The notes under the pieces are model-generated. The model was not told the origin of the DNA. It ran no database searches and saw nothing but the letters and a program-made list of their open reading frames with translations. This document shows positions 9,940 through 18,535 of a DNA stretch of 64,000 nucleotides, piece by piece. The first letter of the stretch is position 1; each line of letters opens with the position of its first letter. Origin of the DNA: a virus; the IMG/VR virus record IMGVR_UViG_3300032116_015770; one strand, given 5' to 3'. The translations under genes and the position numbers were made by a program.

Positions 9940-10647
9940 ATGATTAGAATTTTCATGACATCGAGCGGTAAGCTCAGTCAAACTTTAAACGTATTACCCG
10001 TCCTATCCGGTATCTACAAATCTACCGGACACAAAATTTCCCTCGTTGTAAGAAACGACATGATGGTATTCAACGGGCTTAAAGAGTTCATGCATATGCA
10101 GGATTGTATTGCTGCGTTTAAGTTTGAATACGAAGCAGCTATTGATGATAGTTATCAAACTATTTCTCGATTCGACAACTTTAAAGCCGACCCTAATGTT
10201 CCTTTCGAAACTCTTAGACTAGAACAGGATTTTAAAGCCAGGTACAATATAGATTTTGAAATAGATAATAGTTTTGTTCTTAATGTACCTGATGTAGAGC
10301 CAATCCAGGACAAGTATCTGGTAGGCGACAAATCATCTACAAATTTTCTAGCATCGACAGGAAAATTTCCGCTAGATAAATGCCACTTTTTAGATTATAA
10401 TAATACTGTTGCATTCAATGCCGGTTTGATCAAGGCATCTCCTAACCCCTTACTTTCTACCATTACAGGTATTTCGGTGATAGGGGATCTTCTCAACAAA
10501 GAGGTTCTCGTTTTATGGGATAAGTCTTTAATTAAAGAAGGTGACAAACACATTACGTATTATTATAACAAACAATATTACCGTGACAGAAATTGCGTTT
10601 TCCTACCAATGGAAGAATTTCAAATACCCGAAGAGGATACATTATGA
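9940..10647 (+). CDS. possible GT9/heptosyltransferase-like protein
   Basis: Weak resemblance (SGKLSQTLNVLPVL; STITGISVIG); position in GT island. Confidence 0.35.
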   Translation: MIRIFMTSSGKLSQTLNVLPVLSGIYKSTGHKISLVVRNDMMVFNGLKEFMHMQDCIAAFKFEYEAAIDDSYQTISRFDNFKADPNVPFETLRLEQDFKARYNIDFEIDNSFVLNVPDVEPIQDKYLVGDKSSTNFLASTGKFPLDKCHFLDYNNTVAFNAGLIKASPNPLLSTITGISVIGDLLNKEVLVLWDKSLIKEGDKHITYYYNKQYYRDRNCVFLPMEEFQIPEEDTL

Positions 10648-11315
10648 AAATAAGTAGCGAGACACTCGCATTACTAAAAAACTTTGCTTCAATTAATATG
10701 AACATGCTTTTTAGACCTGGGGATATGATTAGTACTATCTCAGCGTCAAGAAGTGTGTTTGCAAAAGCTCAGATCAAAGAAACAATACCTAACGAATTTG
10801 CTATTTACGAACTAAACTCGTTACTAGCAATGATGACTATTGTTGAAAATCAAGAAGTAGAATTTAACGATAAGTCCGTGTCTATTAGTAGCCCGGCTGG
10901 TAAGTTCGAATATTTTTATTCAGATCCCGAGACAGTAGTTGCGGCACCTACAGGTACTATCGATCAAGTAGACGTTTATAGGTTTACTTTGACAGCTGAA
11001 GATGTACAGATGATTATGAAAGCCGCTTCTATTACTAGTGCGCCATCTATCTCAGTTACCAGTAGAGATCAGTCAGTAGTTTTATCTGTAGGTGATAGAA
11101 AGAACCCTACTTCTTCTAACTTTAAGAAAGAAGTAGGTACATGCTTTGAACCATTTGATGTCTTTATTGCTGTTGAAAATCTTAAAGTGATTCCTGATGC
11201 ATATGAAGTATCAGTATCAAAGATTCCTAAAGGTAAAGCTAAATTTTTATACTTCAAGCATATGTCAAGACAGCTTCAGTATTGGATTGCCTGTGAACCT
11301 GATTCAATTCTTTAA
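10644..11315 (+). CDS. gp45: sliding clamp (T4 gp45)
   Basis: MKISSETLALLKNFASIN, FAIYELNSLL, YWIA; precedes the clamp loader. Confidence 0.92.
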   Translation: MKISSETLALLKNFASINMNMLFRPGDMISTISASRSVFAKAQIKETIPNEFAIYELNSLLAMMTIVENQEVEFNDKSVSISSPAGKFEYFYSDPETVVAAPTGTIDQVDVYRFTLTAEDVQMIMKAASITSAPSISVTSRDQSVVLSVGDRKNPTSSNFKKEVGTCFEPFDVFIAVENLKVIPDAYEVSVSKIPKGKAKFLYFKHMSRQLQYWIACEPDSIL

Positions 11316-11317
11316 TT

Positions 11318-12250
11318 ATGGAAAAACATTTTTTATGGGTAGAGGAATATAGACCCAAAACTATTTCTGAATGTATCTTACCTAAAAATTTAAAAGCTAT
11401 ATTTCATCAATTTGCAAAGTCAGGTGAAATACAGAACTTACTTCTAACTGGTACTGCAGGTACAGGTAAGACAACAATTGCACGTGCATTATGCGAAGAA
11501 CTAAAGACAGATTACATCATTATTAATGGATCAGAAGAATCTGGTATTGATGTTCTTAGAACTAAGATTAAAGACTTTGCATCTACAATCTCGTTCACGG
11601 GTAATACTAAGGTTGTTATATTAGATGAAGCAGATTATTTAAATCCTAACTCCACTCAACCGGCTTTGAGACGGTTTATGGAAGAGTTCGCTAATAATTG
11701 TAGGTTCATTCTTACTTGTAATCTAAAAAATAGAATTATACCTGCACTTCATAGTAGATGTGCTGTAGTAGAATTTAAGATTCCTAAAAATGAAAAGCAA
11801 AAAATTGCTGCAGAGTTTTTTGAAAGAGTAACTAATATTCTCGCTAAGGAGAATGTAACTTATAGTAAAGTAGTAGTAGCTAGAGTAGTAGAGAAATTTT
11901 TCCCTGACTTCCGCAGGACACTAAATGAGTTGCAACGTTATTCTCAAATAGGTGCTATTGATGAAGGTATACTAACTAGCACAGGTGATGCTAATATTGA
12001 GGAACTGATTAGTTCACTAAAAGAAAAAGATTGGAAAAAAATGCGAACATGGGTAGCTAACAACATGGACAATGATCCTGCTACCCTATTCAGAAAAATA
12101 TACGATAATGTTCTACCACTAACTAATCAAGTTCCTAACCTGGTACTTACTATTGCAGACTATCAGTATAAATCTGCATTTGTGAGCGACCAAGAGATTA
12201 ACTTAATTGCATGTCTAACTGAAATAATGGCATCGGTGGAGGTAAAATGA
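11318..12250 (+). CDS. gp44: clamp loader large subunit (T4 gp44)
   Basis: LWVEEYRP, Walker A GTAGTGKT, ILDEADYL, LHSRC. Confidence 0.95.
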   Translation: MEKHFLWVEEYRPKTISECILPKNLKAIFHQFAKSGEIQNLLLTGTAGTGKTTIARALCEELKTDYIIINGSEESGIDVLRTKIKDFASTISFTGNTKVVILDEADYLNPNSTQPALRRFMEEFANNCRFILTCNLKNRIIPALHSRCAVVEFKIPKNEKQKIAAEFFERVTNILAKENVTYSKVVVARVVEKFFPDFRRTLNELQRYSQIGAIDEGILTSTGDANIEELISSLKEKDWKKMRTWVANNMDNDPATLFRKIYDNVLPLTNQVPNLVLTIADYQYKSAFVSDQEINLIACLTEIMASVEVK

Positions 12251-12432
12251 GTGTTAAAGAAATCAGCAAACATACGTCTGATGACGGTCAAAGAACGGCC
12301 CTAGTATTAGCCAGAGGTGATGCTTACAGAGTAACATGCTTTGATAGTTACTTTGAAACGTCAATGGAATATTTTTGTGATCGTTTACAAGAGGCAGAGG
12401 ATAAAGCGGAAGACTGGGTGCTTCGAGCATGA
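12247..12432 (+). CDS. hypothetical protein
   Basis: ATGA-coupled ORF with GGAGG SD. Confidence 0.65.
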   Translation: MSVKEISKHTSDDGQRTALVLARGDAYRVTCFDSYFETSMEYFCDRLQEAEDKAEDWVLRA

Positions 12433-12884
12433 CCGATATTAATGATGTATTCGGAAAACCAGTAGAGGTTATCAAGCAAGTGGAAGAAAAACCACCTGCT
12501 ATTTCTCCGTTTGATTTTATCAATGCTATCTCGTTTGGCAAAGATAATCTTATTGTAGATGAATGGTCAGAAAAACAGTACAATTCGTACGTTATTAATA
12601 AAGGTCTATCCTTCGGTTCAGATACGGTAATTCAAGCAAACGAGATGAATTCAAGACCGCATCTGGATAAGAAACTGCAATTTGATTTTCTTATAAATAT
12701 CATCAGGCCACGTAAGAGATTCAATAAATGGATCAAGGCTCAGAGAATTGAAGCGATAGATATAGTTAAAGATTACTATGGTTACAGCACTGAAAAAGCT
12801 CGCCAAGCCCTTTCTATTCTATCCGATTCACAGATAGATCATTTAAAACAAAAATTAAAAAAGGGTGGAAGTGATGTCAAATGA
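12429..12884 (+). CDS. gp62: clamp loader small subunit (T4 gp62)
   Basis: PFDFINAI, ANEMN, QFDFLIN.IRPRKRF, YYGYS.EKA. Confidence 0.92.
   Translation: MTDINDVFGKPVEVIKQVEEKPPAISPFDFINAISFGKDNLIVDEWSEKQYNSYVINKGLSFGSDTVIQANEMNSRPHLDKKLQFDFLINIIRPRKRFNKWIKAQRIEAIDIVKDYYGYSTEKARQALSILSDSQIDHLKQKLKKGGSDVK
12692..12699 (+). promoter_or_regulatory. T4-type late promoter inside gp62, upstream of regA
   Basis: Exact TATAAATA. Confidence 0.5.
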
Positions 12885-13305
12885 TTTTTTTCGTGTAGAT
12901 ATTCCAGGCTACACGCCATTAGAAGTAACTTTAGTGCAGCCAGATGATTTTCTTAAAGTACGTGAAACGCTAACTAGAATAGGGGTTGCATCTAGGAAAG
13001 ATAAAATTTTATATCAATCCTGTCATATATTACATAAGCAAGGTAAATATTACATTGTACACTTTAAGGAATTATTTGCATTAGACGGTAAGAGTACAGA
13101 TTTAACCGATAACGATTTACAAAGACGTAATACTATTGCAAAATTATTGTCTGACTGGGGTCTAGTAAAAATTTTAAACCCAAATAACTTCTCAGATCTT
13201 GCACCTTTATCGCAGATTAAAGTAATTGCCTTCAAGGATAAGGATGACTGGGAACTTCAAACTAAGTATAATATTGGTAAGAAGAAACTGGATTACGAAG
13301 AATAA
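12874..13305 (+). CDS. regA: translational repressor RegA
   Basis: DDFLKVRETLTRIGVASRK, LYQSCHILHKQGKYYIVHFKELF. Confidence 0.97.
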   Translation: MSNDFFRVDIPGYTPLEVTLVQPDDFLKVRETLTRIGVASRKDKILYQSCHILHKQGKYYIVHFKELFALDGKSTDLTDNDLQRRNTIAKLLSDWGLVKILNPNNFSDLAPLSQIKVIAFKDKDDWELQTKYNIGKKKLDYEE

Positions 13306-13320
13306 GCATATATAATATCG

Positions 13321-13427
13321 GATTCCTCGGGATGGGGAACCTCCCTGGACAAGGAGATCAAAACTGTCCGACCTATGCCAATTGGATAGGTTTTACTGAC
13401 TACAACTCGCTTAACAAGGAGAAAACT
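13321..13427 (+). promoter_or_regulatory. structured 5' leader with ROSE-like SD hairpin
   Basis: Several hairpins after TATAAT (13311-16); TCGCT (13407-11) can pair with AGGAG SD (13417-21). Confidence 0.55.
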
Positions 13428-13646
13428 ATGTTGTATTACGCTGACATGGCTATCGATGCCATTCAGTCAAGCAAGTCTGCTTGGCTAAACACCTTCATCA
13501 AAGAAGAAACAGTTCGCAAGCCTCTTCAACAATTTGTTGATGCTCAAACATCTTTTACAAAACAAGTTACAAAAACTTGGTATGATGTAACTGGTGCTGC
13601 AGCAAAAGCAGTAGTTGAAAAAACTTTTAATAAGGAGGCAAAATAA
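13428..13646 (+). CDS. small helical protein (possibly phasin-like)
   Basis: AAGGAG SD; amphipathic helical sequence; TAATG coupling to hsp20. Confidence 0.55.
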   Translation: MLYYADMAIDAIQSSKSAWLNTFIKEETVRKPLQQFVDAQTSFTKQVTKTWYDVTGAAAKAVVEKTFNKEAK

Positions 13647-14155
13647 TGAACTGGTTGTTACAAACTACACCTAAAGATTTTGGCTCATTAACTAAGGACT
13701 TTGATAAGTTCTTTGTTGGTTTCGATGATCATTTTAATCGCATGGCTAAAATGCATGACGAGATTGCCAAAAACATCCCTAACTATCCGCCTTACAATAT
13801 TCGTAAGGCAGATGAAAACAAATATGTGATTGAGCTAGCCGTTGCTGGTTTTGCTAAATCAGATATTGAAATTACTCTAGAGGATAATAAAATTATTGTC
13901 AAGGGTAATGCTAAGGATGATGGTGACAACTTCTTATGGAAGGGTATTGCCAACCGTGCATTTACTAGAGTGTTTGCTATTGATGACCAAATTGAGCTCA
14001 AAGATGCAGCACTACTTAACGGTATGCTTAAAATTGCTTTGGAGAGAATCATTCCTGAGCATAAGAAGCCTCGTAAGATCGAAGTTAAGAGCGAAGAAGA
14101 TATTATTACCACTAAAAGTGAGAAGCAGCTTTTAACTGAGGAACTTTCTCAGTAA
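13646..14155 (+). CDS. hsp20: small heat shock protein Hsp20/IbpA
   Basis: NYPPYNI, IELAVAGF, GIANRAFTRVF, NGMLKI, IPEHKKPRKI. Confidence 0.95.
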   Translation: MNWLLQTTPKDFGSLTKDFDKFFVGFDDHFNRMAKMHDEIAKNIPNYPPYNIRKADENKYVIELAVAGFAKSDIEITLEDNKIIVKGNAKDDGDNFLWKGIANRAFTRVFAIDDQIELKDAALLNGMLKIALERIIPEHKKPRKIEVKSEEDIITTKSEKQLLTEELSQ

Positions 14156-14356
14156 ATGTATCTGGCAACATTACAGACCGTAATGTTGGGGGACTGGCTA
14201 ATCAAAGCCAGTTCCTTTGATGATCAGATATTGGTTTTTTTTCATAATGAGCGTATAATTAGTACTCACATAAAAATGTTTTATGATGAAGAAGTAGCTC
14301 ATGACTATATTGAAAGGTTTTTAAATGATAAAGTATATCAAACTAACAACAGGTGA
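14156..14356 (+). CDS. hypothetical protein
   Basis: Abutting ORF in operon. Confidence 0.55.
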   Translation: MYLATLQTVMLGDWLIKASSFDDQILVFFHNERIISTHIKMFYDEEVAHDYIERFLNDKVYQTNNR

Positions 14357-14636
14357 AGAACTTATTACTGACATTGAAGATGTAGATAGTGATAACTACA
14401 AGCTCAAAACACCTGTCCGTGTCAATGTTATCCCCATGCCTCCCGATTCTGACAGCAGTAAGTTTCAGGTAGCTCTCTTTCCATTCGGTACAATCTCTAA
14501 AACTCATTCAGTTATACTTAAGAAAACTTTTGTAATGTGGGTGGAAGATCCTGTAGATGACCTTTATGATCAGTATAATGAAAACTTTGGTTCTGGTCTT
14601 AAAGTAGTTAAAAAGGGTGGTATTGTTACTCCATGA
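14325..14636 (+). CDS. conserved T4-like phage protein (Sm-like fold candidate)
   Basis: IKLTTGEELI and YNENFGSG motifs typical of the gene between hsp20 and gp43. Confidence 0.6.
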   Translation: MIKYIKLTTGEELITDIEDVDSDNYKLKTPVRVNVIPMPPDSDSSKFQVALFPFGTISKTHSVILKKTFVMWVEDPVDDLYDQYNENFGSGLKVVKKGGIVTP

Positions 14637-14824
14637 AAAAGCTAAAAGTAAGATTGCAAAATCCGCTTAATACAGAAGAGTGGATTTGTGAAGATTACAA
14701 TACAGTTACTTTTATTGATGGTGTGGAATATATTAAGGTCCATAAACCATCAGATACACGCTCGTTTTTAATGCGTAAAGAAGCATTAAAAGTTATCAAA
14801 AAGTTAATAAAAAGTAACGATTGA
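14633..14824 (+). CDS. hypothetical protein
   Basis: ATGA-coupled ORF. Confidence 0.6.
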   Translation: MKKLKVRLQNPLNTEEWICEDYNTVTFIDGVEYIKVHKPSDTRSFLMRKEALKVIKKLIKSND

Positions 14825-14849
14825 TTTTTGGTATGCTTGCATCTATAAT
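14821..14849 (+). promoter_or_regulatory. sigma70-type promoter
   Basis: TTGATT-17 nt-TATAAT upstream of AAGGAG SD. Confidence 0.7.
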
Positions 14850-14873
14850 ATCTTTACTAACTAAGGAGATGTT

Positions 14874-15173
14874 ATGAAAAAGTTAATTGTTACGTTATTG
14901 TTTGCTGGTGTTACAGGAAATGCTGTAGCCAGTGACTGGATTTTACCTTTGGTGGGTGGTGTAGTTCTTGGTTCTGTGATTACTAAATCACAACAACCTT
15001 ACGCCTATCCACCTCAGGTCTACGGTCCTGGTGGCCTTGCTACACTTCCTCCTAGGACGGTGTACCATACTCCCATACAGAACTATTTTCAGCAGACTTA
15101 TAACTGTCTGGTACCCGTTCGTGACCCTTTAACAGGTATGGTTCGTAACGAAGTAATGGTCTGCGTGCAGTAA
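14874..15173 (+). CDS. secreted/membrane hypothetical protein
   Basis: Signal peptide MKKLIVTLLFAG..AVA; GGVVLG hydrophobic segment. Confidence 0.65.
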   Translation: MKKLIVTLLFAGVTGNAVASDWILPLVGGVVLGSVITKSQQPYAYPPQVYGPGGLATLPPRTVYHTPIQNYFQQTYNCLVPVRDPLTGMVRNEVMVCVQ

Positions 15174-15189
15174 ACTCTTTTTCTATATT

Positions 15190-15381
15190 ATGCCATTAGT
15201 GCTCTCTAAAACCGTAGCTGCTACTGCTGTTTCGGCCGCAGTAGCTACTACAACCCCACAACAAGTTTGTTACTATGTTCCTACTAATCATGTATTCTGG
15301 GATAGAATAGAAACTGTAGTTGATGTTGTATGTGTAGTTGTTCCTCAACCTTTGAATGAAACTAAATGGAGTGAAAGATGA
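15190..15381 (+). CDS. hypothetical protein
   Basis: Short ORF overlapping the next start (ATGA); no clear SD. Confidence 0.4.
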   Translation: MPLVLSKTVAATAVSAAVATTTPQQVCYYVPTNHVFWDRIETVVDVVCVVVPQPLNETKWSER

Positions 15382-15899
15382 TACGCACCATCTACTTAGA
15401 TATGGATGGAGTGGTAGCGGACTTCAATAAGTTCGCTTCTGACCTTTTAGGTCGTGAGATCGGCTGGAATGAAAAAGATCTTTCTTCCGAAGAATGGGAT
15501 ACACTTACTTCTGTAGAAAATTTTTACTTTAAGTTACCTTTAATTGAAGAATCAACTATGCTCGTTGCGGCAGCTAAAAGTTTCTCAACAAGGTTTAAAG
15601 TAGAGTTTCTTACAGCTGTACCTCGAGCAACTACCATGCCTTCCGCTGCACTAGATAAGAAGATGTGGTTAGATAAGTACTTTCCAGGTTTTAAAGTTAA
15701 TTACGGTCCTTATTCTAGAGACAAGCAGAAATGGGCTAAACCAGGTGATATACTGATAGATGATAAACGGTCTAACATAGAAGAATGGTTTAGCGCCGGT
15801 GGTATCGGTATCTTACATACAGGTGACTTTAAAGTAACGGTGGATAATTTAATTAAAGCAGTAGATAATAATAGACCTACATTGTATAATTTTGATTGA
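15378..15899 (+). CDS. HAD-family 5'(3')-deoxyribonucleotidase
   Basis: YLDMDGVVADF motif I, FLTA, DILIDD. Confidence 0.85.
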   Translation: MIRTIYLDMDGVVADFNKFASDLLGREIGWNEKDLSSEEWDTLTSVENFYFKLPLIEESTMLVAAAKSFSTRFKVEFLTAVPRATTMPSAALDKKMWLDKYFPGFKVNYGPYSRDKQKWAKPGDILIDDKRSNIEEWFSAGGIGILHTGDFKVTVDNLIKAVDNNRPTLYNFD

Positions 15900-15908
15900 G
15901 GTTATTTT

Positions 15909-16103
15909 ATGAAAGAAGCAAGAGCTAATATTCGTAACTCTTATCGACGTGAGATTATTTCTTATCTTAATGATTGTATGTATTACCTTAGGAAGAAAGG
16001 TAAAGAGGACGAGCTCTACATAGTCGAAATGATGTTGGATGTTATTAAAGAAACAACTCCTGATAAAGAATTAGTATTTGATTCAAAGAAGCTAGGTTAC
16101 TAA
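15909..16103 (+). CDS. hypothetical protein
   Basis: GAGG SD, TAATG coupling. Confidence 0.55.
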   Translation: MKEARANIRNSYRREIISYLNDCMYYLRKKGKEDELYIVEMMLDVIKETTPDKELVFDSKKLGY

Positions 16104-16303
16104 TGAAAAACCCACCAGGTAAACTTATAGAAGCTGAAGATGGCTCTGGGGACTGGATTCTAGAATTCAGTCCTGAATTTTTAGAAGAAAACGATTGGCG
16201 TGAAGGTGATACTATTAACTTCGATATGGAAAACGGTAATTTAATAGTTAGAAACGCTACTAAAAAGGAACGAGATGAAAGTAACGATAGGCCCGTATCG
16301 TAA
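16103..16303 (+). CDS. AbrB/MazE-like swapped-hairpin small protein
   Basis: ILEFSPEFLEENDWREGDTINF pattern. Confidence 0.55.
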   Translation: MKNPPGKLIEAEDGSGDWILEFSPEFLEENDWREGDTINFDMENGNLIVRNATKKERDESNDRPVS

Positions 16304-16943
16304 TTGGATTGGACCATATCAGATAGCTGAGAAGCTTCTTTTCTGGATGGACAGATTTAATGACGACCGTGTTCACGACTTTGGCACCTGGTTAGATAAA
16401 AATATTCCAGGGCTTACTCGTTTCTGCCATTGGGTAGAAAGTAAGAAAAAACGTAAGATTAAAATAAAGATTGATAAGTATGATACCTGGTCAATGGATC
16501 ATACGCTTGCTTTAATTATTTTACCAATGCTTATTCAGCTTAGGGATACTAAGCATGGTTCACCACAAGTTGATTTAGAGGATGTTCCTAAAGAACTTCG
16601 CATAGTTGGCCACGAAGATTGGTCATCTCAATTAGAATTGAAATTTGAGGATCATGAAAAATATGAGAAAGATTCTTGGGATATAACTCATCGTCGTTGG
16701 GATTGGGTTCTTAACGAGATGATTTTTGCCTTTGAATGTGTATTAAACGAAGACTGGGATGAGCAATTTTGGTCTGGTGAATTGGGTGAAATAAAGTTTA
16801 TAGATACAGAAGATCCTAATTTAAAGAGTATGGAAATTTTAGGTAATCGCACCTGTGATTGGAAAGCCCGTCAAGAGATGCAAGATCGTATCTCTAACGG
16901 TTTAAGACTATTTGGAAAGTATTATCAAGGATTATGGGACTAG
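16275..16943 (+). CDS. conserved phage hypothetical protein
   Basis: DTWSMDHTLA.II.P.L, GLRLFGKYYQGLWD. Confidence 0.7.
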   Translation: MKVTIGPYRNWIGPYQIAEKLLFWMDRFNDDRVHDFGTWLDKNIPGLTRFCHWVESKKKRKIKIKIDKYDTWSMDHTLALIILPMLIQLRDTKHGSPQVDLEDVPKELRIVGHEDWSSQLELKFEDHEKYEKDSWDITHRRWDWVLNEMIFAFECVLNEDWDEQFWSGELGEIKFIDTEDPNLKSMEILGNRTCDWKARQEMQDRISNGLRLFGKYYQGLWD

Positions 16944-17659
16944 ATAAAGCTCTTGTTATTATCCCTACGACAGGGAATGAAATTGTAAGTAATGCAATTA
17001 AATCGGTACTGCATCAAACGGTAGATGTAGACCTTTTACTTGTATGTGACGGTAAAAAATTTAAACATGAAGTAGAAACTATTGTTTCTGAGTTTAATGA
17101 TGACCGTATTGATGTATGTTATTTACCTTACAATACCGGTGGTGATGGTTTTTATGGTCATAGAGTTATGGCTGGCTTCAGTCATCTAGTTAACCATGAT
17201 TATATGCTTTTTTTAGATCAAGATAACTGGTATCAACCAGATCACGTTGAAATTTGTTTAGATGAATTGAAACGTTTTAATTTTGATTATGTTTATTCAC
17301 TAAGACGTATTCATGATGAGCATGGTAATTATGTTTGTGATGATAATTGTGAATCTTTAGGTAGATGGCCTGTATGGGTAAATGATGATGCGTTTTTAGT
17401 TGATACTAGCTCTTACTGTTATAAGACAGAGTTCTTTAACCAGGTAGGTTATCTGTGGCATCATGGTTGGGGTGCTGATAGGCGCTTCTTTACTATCCTT
17501 AAAGATCACTTTAAGCATAAAAACTTCGGTTGTACTAGTAAATACACTTTGAATTATCGTTGTGGTGGTAATCAAGGTTCGGTACAGCCAGAGTTCTTCC
17601 TACAGGGTAATGCTAAGATGGAAGAAAAGTATAAGGGTAAGTTTCCATGGCGCGATTAA
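16934..17659 (+). CDS. GT2 glycosyltransferase
   Basis: VIIPTTG, SVLHQT, LVCDG, FLDQDNW. Confidence 0.85.
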   Translation: MGLDKALVIIPTTGNEIVSNAIKSVLHQTVDVDLLLVCDGKKFKHEVETIVSEFNDDRIDVCYLPYNTGGDGFYGHRVMAGFSHLVNHDYMLFLDQDNWYQPDHVEICLDELKRFNFDYVYSLRRIHDEHGNYVCDDNCESLGRWPVWVNDDAFLVDTSSYCYKTEFFNQVGYLWHHGWGADRRFFTILKDHFKHKNFGCTSKYTLNYRCGGNQGSVQPEFFLQGNAKMEEKYKGKFPWRD

Positions 17660-18084
17660 GCGGTAAAGTTGAAAAAGGTTGGGGGTACGAAGATATATGG
17701 GTTACCTCCGATAAATACTGTAGTAAATTTATGCACTTTAAAACAGGTGCTAAATTCTCAATGCATTTTCATGCTCAAAAAGAAGAAACCTGGTACATTC
17801 TTAAAGGTAAGTTTATAGTTACCTGGATCGATACAGATACAGCCGACCGGTATTCAAAAGAAGCAGTGGAGGGGGATATAGTACATAATCCCCCTTTGAC
17901 TCCTCATCAACTTTATTGTATAGAAGAGGGGATTGTTTTAGAAGTATCTACACCCGACTCTGTAGAAGATAACTACAGAGTCGAACCGGGTGATAGTCAG
18001 TCGCGGGGTGGCGCAGAGGTAGCGCGCTGGACTCATAATCCAGAGGTCATAGGTTCGAATCCTATCCTCGCAACCATTATATAG
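17647..18084 (+). CDS. cupin (sugar isomerase-like); C-terminus overlaps tRNA-Met
   Basis: VEKGWGYE, SMHFH..KEETWYILKG, PHQL, LEVSTPD. Confidence 0.85.
   Translation: MARLSGKVEKGWGYEDIWVTSDKYCSKFMHFKTGAKFSMHFHAQKEETWYILKGKFIVTWIDTDTADRYSKEAVEGDIVHNPPLTPHQLYCIEEGIVLEVSTPDSVEDNYRVEPGDSQSRGGAEVARWTHNPEVIGSNPILATII
18002..18076 (+). tRNA. tRNA-Met(CAT), initiator-like acceptor stem
   Basis: CGCGGGG/CCTCGCA with C1xA72 mismatch, arm CTGGA-CTCATAA-TCCAG, GGTTCGAATCC, ACCA. Confidence 0.93.
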
Positions 18085-18535
18085 ATGTATTACAAATTGC
18101 TTTGTAAACCTCGTTTCTAGCAGTACCTTCTGCTGCAAGATCGGCTATCCAAGTACCCATTTCATGGTACTGTAGATATTGTACTGTATCATCTTCTGCA
18201 GAATATAAACTACCTAGTAAGTAGAGTTGTTTATTTGCACAATCTAACGCACCGTAAGTATAAACTCTCTTTACAGGTTTTTCCATATAGCTATAGATTT
18301 CATGACCATCATAAGATGTAAGTGATTGTATCATAAAGTATCCGTTTTTATTTTCTACTTCACCTTTTGCAAGATAAACGTTATAGTTAGATTCTTTAGC
18401 TACAAAGTACCAATCATTTTCATCATATGATATAAATTGTTCGTTACCTACTGGTGTAACCTTTAGTCTTAATGGTTCAGCGCCGGCATTTAATATTGAC
18501 ATTAAGAACAATATAGCAAAGAGCAAGATATTCAT
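18077..18535 (-). CDS. secreted hypothetical protein
   Basis: Signal peptide MNILLFAILFLMSILNAGA; two Cys; overlaps the stop of the upstream gene. Confidence 0.6.
   Translation of the reverse strand: MNILLFAILFLMSILNAGAEPLRLKVTPVGNEQFISYDENDWYFVAKESNYNVYLAKGEVENKNGYFMIQSLTSYDGHEIYSYMEKPVKRVYTYGALDCANKQLYLLGSLYSAEDDTVQYLQYHEMGTWIADLAAEGTARNEVYKAICNTSI

Noticed and set aside
13332-13427. N-terminal extension of the ORF-track call 13332..13646
   Set aside because: It spans the structured leader; the SD supports ATG 13428. Similar over-extensions were trimmed for 1589, 2521, 10593, 26645, 44713, 46129 and 58581
16103-16943. Toxin-antitoxin pair (AbrB-like gene plus downstream gene)
   Set aside because: The downstream protein shows no PIN, MazF or other toxin motif
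17938-18138. 66-aa minus-strand ORF
   Set aside because: Antisense shadow of tRNA-Met and the cupin gene
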